From: Candidatus Omnitrophota bacterium
GTDB taxonomy: Bacteria; Omnitrophota; Gorgyraeia; JAHJTE01
Assembly (NCBI GenBank): GCA_018830005.1
Contig: JAHJTE010000004.1
Span: 16,792 to 80,791, forward strand
Length of the DNA stretch: 64,000 nucleotides
Direction: 5' to 3'
Shown here: piece after piece, positions 19,101 to 27,998 of the stretch
Layout: each line of letters begins with the position of its first letter
How positions within the stretch are numbered: position 1 is the first letter of the stretch
Position numbers and translations under genes: made by a program
The notes under the pieces: generated by a model
The model's input: the letters and a program-made list of their open reading frames with translations, nothing else
Told to the model about the DNA's origin: nothing
Database searches by the model: none

Positions 19101-22091
19101 GAGATTTTGAGTAATAAATGAGTAGTCACCAAAAGAAACAACATAATCCCGTTTTTCTAGATAATCGCCGTTAAAATTAGCGGCAATTAAGGACGAAGGT
19201 GAAGTGCCTACTTGAACATCCTCTCCAATAGAGAAGGTTCCATTACCATTATTATTAAGTAGTATAGAGAGATTGTTGTCAGCGAAACTACCTACAGCGA
19301 GGTCGGGAAGTGTATCTCCATTGAAATCAGCAGTGACTATCGCCCCAGGATTGGTTCCTACAATAATATCAGTTTGGGCAGAGAAAGTCGTGCCATCACT
19401 GTCGTTAAGTAGTATAGAAACGTTATTATCATTCGCATTAACTACAGCGAGGTCGGGAAGTGTATCTCCATTGAAATCAGCAGTAGCTATCGCCCAAGGA
19501 CCCCCACCTACAAGAGTAGGATATGGGTAGGTTGAAAATGTACCATTACCATTTCCAAACAAAATAGAAACAGCATTATAGCTATACAAGTCGCGAGTGA
19601 TCGCAAGATCTGGAATAGCATCTCTATTAAAATCAGCTGAAGCTATTGAATAAGGATATAGACTAAAAGTTCCTATGTTCGAAAATGTACCATCGCCGTT
19701 ACTTAAAAAGGTACGTAGGTAATCCCCAGTGACTTCGGCAATGTCAAAAAGATTATCTCTATCAAAATCAGCTGTGGTTATTCCTCGAGCGCTATTTCCT
19801 ATGAATATATCAGGCTGTACTAAGAAGGTACCGTCTCCGTTACCAAGAAGAATAGAAGTATGGTTGTCGTTTACATTACCTACAGCGAGGTCGGGAAGGC
19901 TATCGCCATTGAAATCAGCAGTAGCCATTAAGATGGGGCTGACCCCTACGGGAACATCAGGCTGAACTGAGAATGTGCCATCGTCATTACCTAGAAAAAT
20001 AGAAAGATCATCATCGATGTAATTAGCCACAACAAGATCAGGAATAGTGTCTATATTAAAATCAGCAGTGGCTACTACCCGAGGTTGATTCCCCACAGTA
20101 ACATTAGGCTGAGCTAAGAAAGTACCGTCTCCATTACCAAAGAGAATAGAAATATTATCGTCATATGTATTAGCTACAGCGAGGTCTAAAATAGGACTCT
20201 GTTGAAAATTAAACACCATACTTGAACCATTGCCTTCAGTTAAAAGAATTGAACCATCAGCGTCAAAATGAAGTCTTTGTAAACCTTGTAAACTCCATCC
20301 AGCACCAAAAGGAGAATTTTGCTGATTGTTGACAATCAATTTTTCCTTGACTTCTTCGCTTAAAGGCACTGGCTCTATGGTAGGAACGCCTGTATCAGAA
20401 ATTGGATCTCCGGCAAAACGGTCTGTTGTCCAATAAGTTACATTAGTGTAATCATTAGAAACTTCTATAATATAAGGATAACTTCCCGTAGAAAGAGTCT
20501 GTCCTTGCGAATCTTTAGCATCCAAGAGATAAGCGTATCTAACTTCTCCCTCTACTCCTTGATAGGTTGCCTGGATTTGCCTATCGGCAATTTTTACTTT
20601 AAAGGTAGTAGTATCCGGGATATTAGTGGCCACTGGATCGAGGTCAGTTTCAATACAGATTAAACTTGAGGGTTGAGCAGTAAGTGAGTTATAGATTAGT
20701 TTTAGACTATCTTTCTTTCCTAATCTTATAATGCCAGCTAAGTCATGTTCAGTAGTAAAACTACCTGATTTCACCCCCACCCCTGGATCCCTAGCTTCTT
20801 CAAACTGTTTATCTATATCTTGAGTTCTATTTGCGATTAGTCTTGGACTTTTGTCTTTTGGTGGTGGCGGAGCTGGAAAATTCAAATCCCATGGAGAAAA
20901 ATGGTCAATTTCAAATTCAAGCCACTGACCATCACTTGAGACAGAACCCATAAGACCTGTATCTTCCCACTGGTGCGTTTCTTCATTGTAAACTCCTCCC
21001 GGAATTGGTGTTCCAGGAGCAAAACCTAAAGTGTTAGCCACTTTCATAGTAACTGGCTGCTGAAACGTAGTAACTTTCCTTCTGGTAGTTGTGGATTCAG
21101 CTTCTAGATTAAGGGCGTAGGTAAAGAAACTAGTTTCTGGTAATTCATCGGGCAATGCCTTTCCTTTCTGATATTTAGTAGAGTTTACATCTGCTGCTTC
21201 TGTTACTGCACCAGCTGGAAAAACAAGCTCTATTTCTCCAGTAGAATTAACATGTGTTCCGCCTTCAGGAAGAATAGTAGTTACTACTGGGTCTAACGGT
21301 GTGAGATAAACAGAGGTTACAGCTGAATGTCTGCTGGCTACTACTTCCACTGTTCTCTGAGCAGAGGTAAAGTCACCTTTACTAACATCAATGGTAACAG
21401 TCAGCTTACCTGATTCTGGGAAAAGTGACTGAAAAGAAAAGGAGAATTTTCCATCTATATCAGAGGTAGTACTTCCAACAAAGTCGGGTGAGGTAACTAC
21501 AGCATTAGCAAGAGGAGTTTCAGTATCTGCAGCATAGACTATACCGCTAATAAAGCTTGTAGGCTCTACAATCTCTATACTCTCTGTATCACTCCAACCA
21601 GTAGCAGCAATCGTATCGCAAGTTGTACCAGCATAAGCTTGATTTGCAGAAAAACGCTGTCTCAGCCAAGCAAATATCTTCTGTAAAAAGTCCGCTCCTT
21701 TAGTTATGCCCTGTGTAGCAGGAAGAGCAGCTTTGACGCGGTAATAATAAGTGCCGACAGTTCCTTTGTTAACAAAGAGTTGAGAAACATTCAAAGTATA
21801 GCTAACAGGGTTGCTAAACTGGGGGTTATCTGCTTCTTCTAGCTTATAGGCTTCAGCACAGTCTACATCAGTCCAATCTACTAGATAAGCTGCATCAAAA
21901 TTAGGATCTATGGGCTTGTTTAAATGAGGTGGTTGAGGCGTTGTTTCTGGAGGTAATTCTGGAATATCTTCAGTGGGAGGGGCATCTCCGCAAAAAGCAG
22001 GCTTAGTAAACAAGAAGCCGTGAGAAACAAAAAAGCCTAAAATCAAAATAACGACCAATAATGACTTAAAAACACAACTCTTCATTCTCAT
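16140..22091 (-). CDS. Giant secreted RHS/YD-repeat polymorphic toxin with N-terminal signal peptide, CarboxypepD_reg-like domain, FG-GAP/VCBS repeats and variable C-terminal toxin tip
   Basis: 1983 aa. Hydrophobic N-terminus. About 7 FG-GAP-like repeats of the form TADFNGDxLPDLAV...GNGDGTF. Dozens of YD repeats (YDxxGNL, YTYDxxNRL), then the RHS core ending GRFLQEDP...NPINFIDPFGF, followed by a unique tail of about 110 aa. Confidence 0.85.
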   Translation of the reverse strand: MRMKSCVFKSLLVVILILGFFVSHGFLFTKPAFCGDAPPTEDIPELPPETTPQPPHLNKPIDPNFDAAYLVDWTDVDCAEAYKLEEADNPQFSNPVSYTLNVSQLFVNKGTVGTYYYRVKAALPATQGITKGADFLQKIFAWLRQRFSANQAYAGTTCDTIAATGWSDTESIEIVEPTSFISGIVYAADTETPLANAVVTSPDFVGSTTSDIDGKFSFSFQSLFPESGKLTVTIDVSKGDFTSAQRTVEVVASRHSAVTSVYLTPLDPVVTTILPEGGTHVNSTGEIELVFPAGAVTEAADVNSTKYQKGKALPDELPETSFFTYALNLEAESTTTRRKVTTFQQPVTMKVANTLGFAPGTPIPGGVYNEETHQWEDTGLMGSVSSDGQWLEFEIDHFSPWDLNFPAPPPPKDKSPRLIANRTQDIDKQFEEARDPGVGVKSGSFTTEHDLAGIIRLGKKDSLKLIYNSLTAQPSSLICIETDLDPVATNIPDTTTFKVKIADRQIQATYQGVEGEVRYAYLLDAKDSQGQTLSTGSYPYIIEVSNDYTNVTYWTTDRFAGDPISDTGVPTIEPVPLSEEVKEKLIVNNQQNSPFGAGWSLQGLQRLHFDADGSILLTEGNGSSMVFNFQQSPILDLAVANTYDDNISILFGNGDGTFLAQPNVTVGNQPRVVATADFNIDTIPDLVVANYIDDDLSIFLGNDDGTFSVQPDVPVGVSPILMATADFNGDSLPDLAVGNVNDNHTSILLGNGDGTFLVQPDIFIGNSARGITTADFDRDNLFDIAEVTGDYLRTFLSNGDGTFSNIGTFSLYPYSIASADFNRDAIPDLAITRDLYSYNAVSILFGNGNGTFSTYPYPTLVGGGPWAIATADFNGDTLPDLAVVNANDNNVSILLNDSDGTTFSAQTDIIVGTNPGAIVTADFNGDTLPDLAVGSFADNNLSILLNNNGNGTFSIGEDVQVGTSPSSLIAANFNGDYLEKRDYVVSFGDYSFITQNLDGTYRRKLKDGTQINFNAHGLQTSIVDRNGNSTAYLYIDANSDGKEEELSKIVLPTGDTYQFIYSAEGKFKSITDPAGRIAQFIIDENNDLVQISNPDSTTKTFSYTNHLLTSETNERLFTTQYEYDSYGRVTRMLFPNTPQEIIQFFPSDVQGLINDLAPGVGTPDNPAPVVRPDDIVETIIDGKNYSTTSQTSKFGAYSQITDALNQTTIIARDVNDNPTKITRPNSSTVIMTYDWKGNLLTSTEDSISATTAFSYEPDFNQITSITDPENNTTNIDYDENGNPIQITDAQGNITKMEYNSRGLVTKIISGFGTAVENQTIFTYYTDTYNLKTTTDPEGNTTTFTYDSAGNILTIQDAENNTTTFEYDDINRLTKVTDPETNITQYQYDEAGNLKKIIDANLNETNFTYDEINQLKTITNPLGNTKTFSYDLNRNLETTADFNADTITFSYDDINRLSNKSGSGLNVTYDYDSVNNLTSVTTPDSSLSMIYDLASRIETSTTLDLGHQPGTIISYTYDKNSNRLTLTDPEYIVTKYVYDSLNRLIDITDALDQNLAHFNYDELSRRTGLNLANGTTSSYAYDLASRLVSLDSYSYTYDNAGNRLTMTDSDGTHNYTYDDIYRLTNASHPQPENPAENYAYDSVGNRNPTNYTYDDANRLLEDDEYTYSYDDNGNLTSKTNKSTLQITTYTYNLENQLIRINFPNLTSAQYTYDGLGRRIEKNVNGTITRYVYDNEDIIAEYDGINTLRAKYLHGPGIDEPLRVERGGGVYWYHVDGLGSITELTDSTGIVVPTYLYDSFGNIKAKTGSLINPYTYTGRELDLESGLYYYRARYYDAAIGRFLQEDPVSGIMISPQTLNLYPCVSNNPINFIDPFGFYRQRSWLDRFSYYYWQYNYPHYKFYIQGLTNAYYEFRDNMTKNFVYWQIVSQSPYLGAHATAKLAEAAVEESTVYTIKYSAHTVNYMGWNLIDYLRAVGKATFYPEIK
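19140..20230 (-). repeat. Intragenic tandem repeats of about 150 bp encoding the FG-GAP units, two of them near-identical at nucleotide level
   Basis: The 43-mer ctacagcgaggtcgggaagtgtatctccattgaaatcagcagt occurs at 19292-19334 and 19442-19484, exactly 150 bp apart. Diverged copies sit at about 19880 and 20174. Confidence 0.8.
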
Positions 22092-22116
22092 GCCTCCTTT
22101 AGAAAAACATAAAGGA

Positions 22117-23382
22117 TTATTTCAAAAACTTCCTTGGATCAGTTATTTTCCCTTCAATTACACTGGCTGCCACAGTTGCTGGCGAGGCAAGGTAAATATT
22201 GGCATTGGGATTACCCATCCTGCCTTTAAAATTACGGTTTGCTGTTGAAATAACGTTTTCCCCATCAGCAGGAACGCCATTGTGCGTTCCTACGCAGGGT
22301 CCACAACCAGCAGCAACGACAACAGCGCCAGCCTTAATAAATGTTTCAATCAGCCCTAATTTGAGTGCTTCCAGGTAAATACTGCTGCTTGCAGGCGCAA
22401 TGATAAATTTTACGCCTTTTGCTACAGATTTACCTTTTAGAATTTTTGCAGCAATTTTTAAATCGCTAAGTCTTCCGTTGGTACACGTACCAAGATAGCC
22501 TTCCTGAATTTGCTCGCCCTCTACTTCCTCAACCGATTTTGCATTATCTGGACTATGAGGCGTTGAAACTATAGGCGTTAGCCCTAATAAGTCTATCTCT
22601 TTTTCATCCACATAATGAGCATCTTTATCTGCAGTCTGTGGCTCTAATCTTTGCCTTGTTCGCCCCTTCAACCATTTATTAGTTACCTTATCAACTGGTA
22701 AAAACCCACATTTAGCACCTACCTCAACTGCCATATTTGCGATTGTGAATCTACCGTCCATATCTATCTTTGCCAGGGGCAAGCCGTAAAACTCAAGGGC
22801 TTTATATGTGGCACCATTTGCTCCTAACAAACCAGTTATATACAAAATTACGTCTTTAGCAAAGACACCTTTTGGAATTTTCCCTTTTAGGGTAATTTTA
22901 ATCGTCTCCGGAACCTTAAACCAATTCAAACCGCTGGCTAAAGTGACTGCTAAATCAGTCGAGCCAACTCCAGTTGCGAATACACCCAAGGCGCCGTATG
23001 TACAGGTATGCGAATCTGCACCAATCACAAGATTCCCAGGAAGAATCTTACCTTGTTCTGGAATAATCTGATGGCATACACCACAGCCTATTTCAAATAA
23101 AGTAACATTCTTTTCCTTAGCAAACGCTCGCATCCTGCTATGAACAGCTGAAACTCCAAGATTTGGAGCAGGGCTATTATGATCAATTACCATGCAGAAT
23201 TTTTCTTTGTCAAAGACCTCTTCTCTGCCAAGCTGTTTGAATCTATCAATGATTATACTGCTTGTTCCATCCTGGCCAAAACAAAAATCTACATTAGCCA
23301 GGACAAAATCACCAGCACAACAATCTTGGGAACTATGTTTAGAAAAAATCTTCTCAGCGATAGTCTTGGCTGTCTTACTCAT
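22117..23382 (-). CDS. leuC: 3-isopropylmalate dehydratase large subunit (archaeal-type LeuC, aconitase family)
   Basis: 421 aa. Aconitase-family Fe-S ligand motifs (CHQI, GADSHT, GCGPCVG). Separated from leuD by the RHS locus. Confidence 0.8.
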   Translation of the reverse strand: MSKTAKTIAEKIFSKHSSQDCCAGDFVLANVDFCFGQDGTSSIIIDRFKQLGREEVFDKEKFCMVIDHNSPAPNLGVSAVHSRMRAFAKEKNVTLFEIGCGVCHQIIPEQGKILPGNLVIGADSHTCTYGALGVFATGVGSTDLAVTLASGLNWFKVPETIKITLKGKIPKGVFAKDVILYITGLLGANGATYKALEFYGLPLAKIDMDGRFTIANMAVEVGAKCGFLPVDKVTNKWLKGRTRQRLEPQTADKDAHYVDEKEIDLLGLTPIVSTPHSPDNAKSVEEVEGEQIQEGYLGTCTNGRLSDLKIAAKILKGKSVAKGVKFIIAPASSSIYLEALKLGLIETFIKAGAVVVAAGCGPCVGTHNGVPADGENVISTANRNFKGRMGNPNANIYLASPATVAASVIEGKITDPRKFLK

Positions 23383-24547
23383 GGGAAAGTGACTCGATGA
23401 ATTTCTTTATTCGCCTGCAACCTTCTATTATTTCATCGTTATTCGTGGCAAAGCTTAAACGCACATGAGACTTTGATCCAAAACTCTCCGCCGGAATACA
23501 AGCAACAAACTCCTCATCAAGTAGCCTACTGGCAAATTCCATAGGTGCAATTTTTAAGCCTGAGATATTGACGAAGACATAAAAAGCACCCGCTGGCTTA
23601 AAGAAAGAAATCCCGGGGATCTCTCCCAGTTTTTGTGTCAGGCAATCTCTTCTTTTCGAAAATTCATTGATAAAAGGTAGGATTTCGCTATCTTTCATGG
23701 CCAAGGCAGAAACTGCTGCCTTTTGGCTTATTGAGGCAGGATTACTCGTAGAATGACTCTGCAGACTAGCAACGGCTGCTGCTATTTCCTTGGGTGCGCC
23801 TAAAAATCCAATTCTCCAGCCTGTCATCGAATAGGTCTTGGAGACGCCATTTATAGTAATCGTTTGTTTGTAGATTTCGTTATTTAATGAAGCAATTGAT
23901 GTGTGTTTTTGCCCGTCAAAAATTAATTTTTCATATATTTCATCACTCAATATGAAAGTCTTGTTTTTAGCTACAATTTCAGCAATCTGCATTAGCTCAG
24001 CCTCCGAATAAACAACTCCTGTTGGATTCGAAGGGCTATTTATGATTAAGGCCTTTGTCTTTTTATTGATTAATGACTCCAGTGCCTTTTGATCTATTTT
24101 AAAGCCTTGTTTTTGCTTTGTTTCGAGAACGACGGGTTTGCCACCGGCTAGCTTTATCATTTCAGGATAGCTCAACCAGTAGGGAGAGATAATTATGACT
24201 TCATCATGGGGATTAACAATTGCCTGTAGACTGTTGTAAAGGGAATGTTTTGCTCCTGAAGAAATGATAATTTCATCTAGGGAATATTCGAGATTGTTAT
24301 CTCTTTTGAATTTTTCTTGAACTGCTTTTTTTAGTTCTGGGGTACCGCTGGCAGGGGTATATTTTGTGAAACCGTCACGTATTGCCTGAATTGCAGCTTC
24401 TTTTATTTGTTCGGGTGTATCGAAGTCGGGTTCGCCGGCAGCAAAGTTGATTATGGGCCTGCCTTGCTTTTTTAGAAGCTTGGCTTTCGCAGTGATGGCT
24501 AAAGTCGAGGAGGGTTTAATTTCATTTAGCCTCTTGGCCTTTTCCAT
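23375..24547 (-). CDS. Class I/II pyridoxal-phosphate aminotransferase (aspartate/aromatic aminotransferase-like)
   Basis: 390 aa. NFAAGEPDFDTP, SKTYSMTGWRIGF PLP-lysine region. Confidence 0.8.
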   Translation of the reverse strand: MEKAKRLNEIKPSSTLAITAKAKLLKKQGRPIINFAAGEPDFDTPEQIKEAAIQAIRDGFTKYTPASGTPELKKAVQEKFKRDNNLEYSLDEIIISSGAKHSLYNSLQAIVNPHDEVIIISPYWLSYPEMIKLAGGKPVVLETKQKQGFKIDQKALESLINKKTKALIINSPSNPTGVVYSEAELMQIAEIVAKNKTFILSDEIYEKLIFDGQKHTSIASLNNEIYKQTITINGVSKTYSMTGWRIGFLGAPKEIAAAVASLQSHSTSNPASISQKAAVSALAMKDSEILPFINEFSKRRDCLTQKLGEIPGISFFKPAGAFYVFVNISGLKIAPMEFASRLLDEEFVACIPAESFGSKSHVRLSFATNNDEIIEGCRRIKKFIESLSHE

Positions 24548-24553
24548 AAGATT

Positions 24554-25156
24554 CTAAGGTTCTTGTTTTCGCCTGAAGATTTTACCTATACCACCAAAAA
24601 ACTTACCACCTTTCTTTTTATCTTTTGGTAGTTCTTTTACAGCTGGTGTTGGCTTCTGCTTTAGGGGTTTCTCCTCTTTTGCTGTTGGTGGTGCTTTTGG
24701 CTTTTCTTTTGGCGGCGTAACTTGTTTTGGGGCCTGCACCTTCTCTTGTGTTACTGCCTTTTCTTCTTTTTTTGCTTTGGGAGGTGATTTCTTTTCTGGC
24801 AAGCGCTTTATTAATTCAAAGATAACAAGATTAGCATTATCGCCTCTGCGTCTTGAAAGACGCAAGATACGCGTGTATCCACCATTTCTCTCTTTGAATA
24901 AAGGAGCGAATTCAATGAATAATTTCTTAACCAAAGCGTGGTCTTTTAATTTCTGAAAAACCCTCCTTCTGTTAGTCAAATTATCAACCCTAGCTAGAGA
25001 AATAATGCGTTCAACAGCAGGAGCGACAACCTTGGCCCTGGAATATGTCGTGGTTATTCGCTGATACTTAAAAATGGAGCGGCATTGATTAAGGATGAGT
25101 GATTTTCTCTCACCTTCAGTAAGGTTTAATCTTGTTCTCTTTTTGGCATGGCGCAT
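24554..25156 (-). CDS. rplQ: 50S ribosomal protein L17 with 80-aa Lys/Pro/Glu-rich C-terminal extension
   Basis: The N-terminal 115 aa match L17 (MRHAKKRTRLN...YTRILRL). The tail is PKAKKEEK...PKEKPKAPP... Confidence 0.9.
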   Translation of the reverse strand: MRHAKKRTRLNLTEGERKSLILNQCRSIFKYQRITTTYSRAKVVAPAVERIISLARVDNLTNRRRVFQKLKDHALVKKLFIEFAPLFKERNGGYTRILRLSRRRGDNANLVIFELIKRLPEKKSPPKAKKEEKAVTQEKVQAPKQVTPPKEKPKAPPTAKEEKPLKQKPTPAVKELPKDKKKGGKFFGGIGKIFRRKQEP

Positions 25157-25160
25157 AATC

Positions 25161-26150
25161 TTATCCTTCCTTTTTCAATTTCTTGACATCGAACTGTATT
25201 CCAAAAGAAAGGCCCATGTCTTTGAGTATAGCTGATATTTCATTCAACGACTTTTTACCAAAATTTCTAAATGCGAGCATTTCTTGTTCAGTGCGTTTAA
25301 CAAGATCAGCAATTGTACCAATCTTAGCTTCTCGTAGACAGTTAGAGCTTCTTACCGAAAGCTCAAGCTCGGAAACAGGAAGTTTTAATTTATCATAAAG
25401 CGTTCTTTCTTCCTCTGTCATAGCCTCTTCCTCTTCTTCTTCAGGAAGCTGGCCAAAGTTTACAAAGACATCAAGATGCCTCTGCATAATATTTGCAGTG
25501 TAAAGAAGGGCATCTTTAGGTGAGACACTACCATTAGTCCAAATCTCTAGAACTAGTCGGTCATAGTCTGTTCTTTGGCCAACGCGAGTATTTTCAGCCC
25601 TGAAATTCACTTCCTTAACTGGCGTAAATATGGAATCAATAGCTATAACGCCAATGGTAGCACCTTCTTTCTTATTCTGTTCTGCTGGAACAAATCCCCT
25701 GCCACGGCCTACCTCTATCTCCATATTGAATTTGGTAGGTGCGGTTAATGTGACAATATGCTGTTCCGGATTTAAGACCTCAACAGTTTCGTCGGTAATT
25801 ATATCCTTTGCCTTAATATCGCCTTTTTTTGTAGCCTTGATATGAATAGTTTTTGATGTCTTTGAATGTGATCTCAGGATTAATGTTTTGATGTTTAGGA
25901 CTATCTCGGTTACATCTTCCTGGACGTGTGGAATTGTAGAGAACTCATGCATAACATTATTAATCTTAATGGAGGTAGCAGCGCTGCCTTCAATTGAGGA
26001 TAATAAAATTCTACGCAGGGCATTTCCCAGGGTTACTCCATAGCCTCGCTCAAATGGTTCAGCGACAAATTTTCCATATGTCGGTGTATAAGTGGCCTCG
26101 TCGCAATCAAGTCTCTTTGGCATCTGGAAATCTTTCCATTTACTTCCCAT
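25161..26150 (-). CDS. rpoA: DNA-directed RNA polymerase alpha subunit
   Basis: 329 aa with alpha NTD and CTD (LSVRSSNCLREAKIGTIADL). Confidence 0.92.
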   Translation of the reverse strand: MGSKWKDFQMPKRLDCDEATYTPTYGKFVAEPFERGYGVTLGNALRRILLSSIEGSAATSIKINNVMHEFSTIPHVQEDVTEIVLNIKTLILRSHSKTSKTIHIKATKKGDIKAKDIITDETVEVLNPEQHIVTLTAPTKFNMEIEVGRGRGFVPAEQNKKEGATIGVIAIDSIFTPVKEVNFRAENTRVGQRTDYDRLVLEIWTNGSVSPKDALLYTANIMQRHLDVFVNFGQLPEEEEEEAMTEEERTLYDKLKLPVSELELSVRSSNCLREAKIGTIADLVKRTEQEMLAFRNFGKKSLNEISAILKDMGLSFGIQFDVKKLKKEG

Positions 26151-26177
26151 TGTTCCTCCTTAAATGAAAAAGCTATA

Positions 26178-26813
26178 TTATTTTGAATACAACTCAACAA
26201 TTAGCTGTTCAGAAATTGGAAACTGGACATCGGACCTTTCGGGTAATTTTAAAATTTCTAAAGTCAACTTTTCATGATCTGCGCGCATCCATGCCGGAAC
26301 AGCACGCTCTTTGTTTGCCTCTAAGTTTTCCTTAATTAGGTTTGCGAGTTTACCCTTTGGTTTTATTGTGATCTTTGAATCAGGCTTAACAAGAAACGAT
26401 GGAATGGTTACTTTGCGACCATTTATTGAAATAAAGGCATGGCGAACAAACTGCCGGGCTTGATTTCGACTAGCAGCAATACAGGAGCGAAAGATAACGT
26501 TATCTATTCTTCTCTCCAATAACTGCAGCAGAACCTCACCTGTAGCACCGCTCTTTTTTGAAGCAATAACAAAATAGCGCCTGAACTGCTTTTCTAAAAT
26601 TCCGTAAATCCTTTTTACTTTCTGTTTTTCTCGTAACTGCATGCCGTAATTCGATAGCTTACTACGACTACGACGGCCTTGACCATGTTCACCCGGAGAA
26701 TAGCTCCTACGGGTAAATGCACACTTATCAGTAAGACAGCGCGAACCTTTTAAGAATAATTTTGTGCCTTCTCTTCTGCAAAGTCTGCACTTTGAACCAG
26801 TGTAACGCGCCAT
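26178..26813 (-). CDS. rpsD: 30S ribosomal protein S4
   Basis: MARYTGSKCRLCRREG zinc-ribbon start. 211 aa. Confidence 0.92.
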   Translation of the reverse strand: MARYTGSKCRLCRREGTKLFLKGSRCLTDKCAFTRRSYSPGEHGQGRRSRSKLSNYGMQLREKQKVKRIYGILEKQFRRYFVIASKKSGATGEVLLQLLERRIDNVIFRSCIAASRNQARQFVRHAFISINGRKVTIPSFLVKPDSKITIKPKGKLANLIKENLEANKERAVPAWMRADHEKLTLEILKLPERSDVQFPISEQLIVELYSK

Positions 26814-26815
26814 AT

Positions 26816-27208
26816 CTATACTCTCCTTCGCTTTTTAGGGCGACATCCATTATGGGGAATAGGAGTTATATCTCGGATTGCCGTAACTGTCAGGCCTGTA
26901 GCTTGCAATGCCCTAATTGCTGATTCCCTACCAGAACCTGCGCCTCTAACGCAAACAACAACCTCTCTAAGCCCTAATTCCTTTGCCTTCTTGGCTGCAT
27001 CTTGAGCAGCGATCTGAGCTGCAAATGGCGTTGATTTTTTGGAACCACTGAAACCAACAACGCCGGGCGAAGACCAGGAAATCACATTTCCGCTCTTGTC
27101 AGTAATGGAAATAAGCGTGTTATTGAATGTTGCCTGAATAAATACCAAACCGCTGGTCACACCTAATAATTTCTTCTTTTTACCTTTTTCCTTTTTTATT
27201 GCCATCAT
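26816..27208 (-). CDS. rpsK: 30S ribosomal protein S11
   Basis: 130 aa. ...[18 protein letters not shown]. Confidence 0.92.
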   Translation of the reverse strand: MMAIKKEKGKKKKLLGVTSGLVFIQATFNNTLISITDKSGNVISWSSPGVVGFSGSKKSTPFAAQIAAQDAAKKAKELGLREVVVCVRGAGSGRESAIRALQATGLTVTAIRDITPIPHNGCRPKKRRRV

Positions 27209-27225
27209 CTTCTCCTAGAAAGTAT

Positions 27226-27624
27226 TTATTCCTTAGTTGGCTTTTCCTTTGCTGCCGGGGCTCGCATAAGAGCAACGTTTTTACGTGGACCTTTTCGTGT
27301 ACGGGCATTGGTCTTTGTACGTTGGCCTCTTACTGGCAGGCTTCTTCTATGACGTAAGCCGCGATAAGTAGAGATATCCACAAGACGTTTTATATTTTGC
27401 GAGATCTCTCTTTTTAAATCGCCTTCGACCTTAAACTCTTTCTGAATTACGTGGTTTATTTTCGAAACCTCTTCGTCACTAAGGTCCTTTGCTTTTTTAT
27501 GAGGGTCTACCCCGGCCTTATCTAATATTGCCAATGAATTAACCGGGCCGACTCCAAAAAGATAACGAAGCGAAATATTAATCTTTTTTTCTTTTGGTAG
27601 ATCTACACCTAATATTCTGGGCAA
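27226..27624 (-). CDS. rpsM: 30S ribosomal protein S13
   Basis: [15 protein letters not shown]... 132 aa. Confidence 0.92.
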   Translation of the reverse strand: MPRILGVDLPKEKKINISLRYLFGVGPVNSLAILDKAGVDPHKKAKDLSDEEVSKINHVIQKEFKVEGDLKREISQNIKRLVDISTYRGLRHRRSLPVRGQRTKTNARTRKGPRKNVALMRAPAAKEKPTKE

Positions 27625-27666
27625 TCTAAAACCTCCTTTAATGACCCCTAGACTTAAAGGGTTAAC

Positions 27667-27780
27667 TTACCCTTGTCTCTGCTTATGCTGGGGGTTAGAG
27701 CAAATAACTCTAACTACTCCACGTCTTTTGATGACCTTGCAATTAAAGCAAAGTCTTTTAACTGCTGTTCTTACTTTCAT
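27667..27780 (-). CDS. rpmJ: 50S ribosomal protein L36 (not in supplied ORF track; found by manual translation)
   Basis: The reverse complement translates to [37 protein letters not shown]. Its ATG overlaps the infA stop (ATGA). Confidence 0.85.
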   Translation of the reverse strand: MKVRTAVKRLCFNCKVIKRRGVVRVICSNPQHKQRQG

Positions 27781-27995
27781 TTTGTCCTATAAGTAATCCT
27801 ACCCCGGTTTAGATCATATGGAGAAAGTTCTAATTTTACACGATCGCCTGGTAGGATGCGGATAAAATGCATCCTAATTTTACCTGAAATATGCGCAAGC
27901 ACTATATGGTCGTTTTCTAACTTTACGCGAAACATAGCGTTTGGTAAAGATTCAACAACAACACCTTCTACCTCAATTGCTTCTTCTTTAGCCAT
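27777..27995 (-). CDS. infA: Translation initiation factor IF-1
   Basis: 72 aa S1-like OB fold. [13 protein letters not shown]... Confidence 0.92.
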   Translation of the reverse strand: MAKEEAIEVEGVVVESLPNAMFRVKLENDHIVLAHISGKIRMHFIRILPGDRVKLELSPYDLNRGRITYRTK

Positions 27996-27998
27996 AAG

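Noticed and set aside
19273-19965. Repeated plus-strand ORFs (TARSGSVSPLKSAV twice) that might suggest a CRISPR-like or repeat-protein array
   Set aside because: They are the antisense shadow of the FG-GAP tandem repeats inside the RHS coding sequence. No short, regularly spaced direct repeats with unique spacers are present.
16140-22091. Considered whether the giant ORF is a teneurin-like adhesin or S-layer protein rather than a toxin
   Set aside because: An RHS core with the PxxxxDPxGx motif immediately before a short non-conserved tail, plus a downstream small membrane ORF, fits the polymorphic-toxin architecture better. An adhesion role for the FG-GAP part is not excluded.
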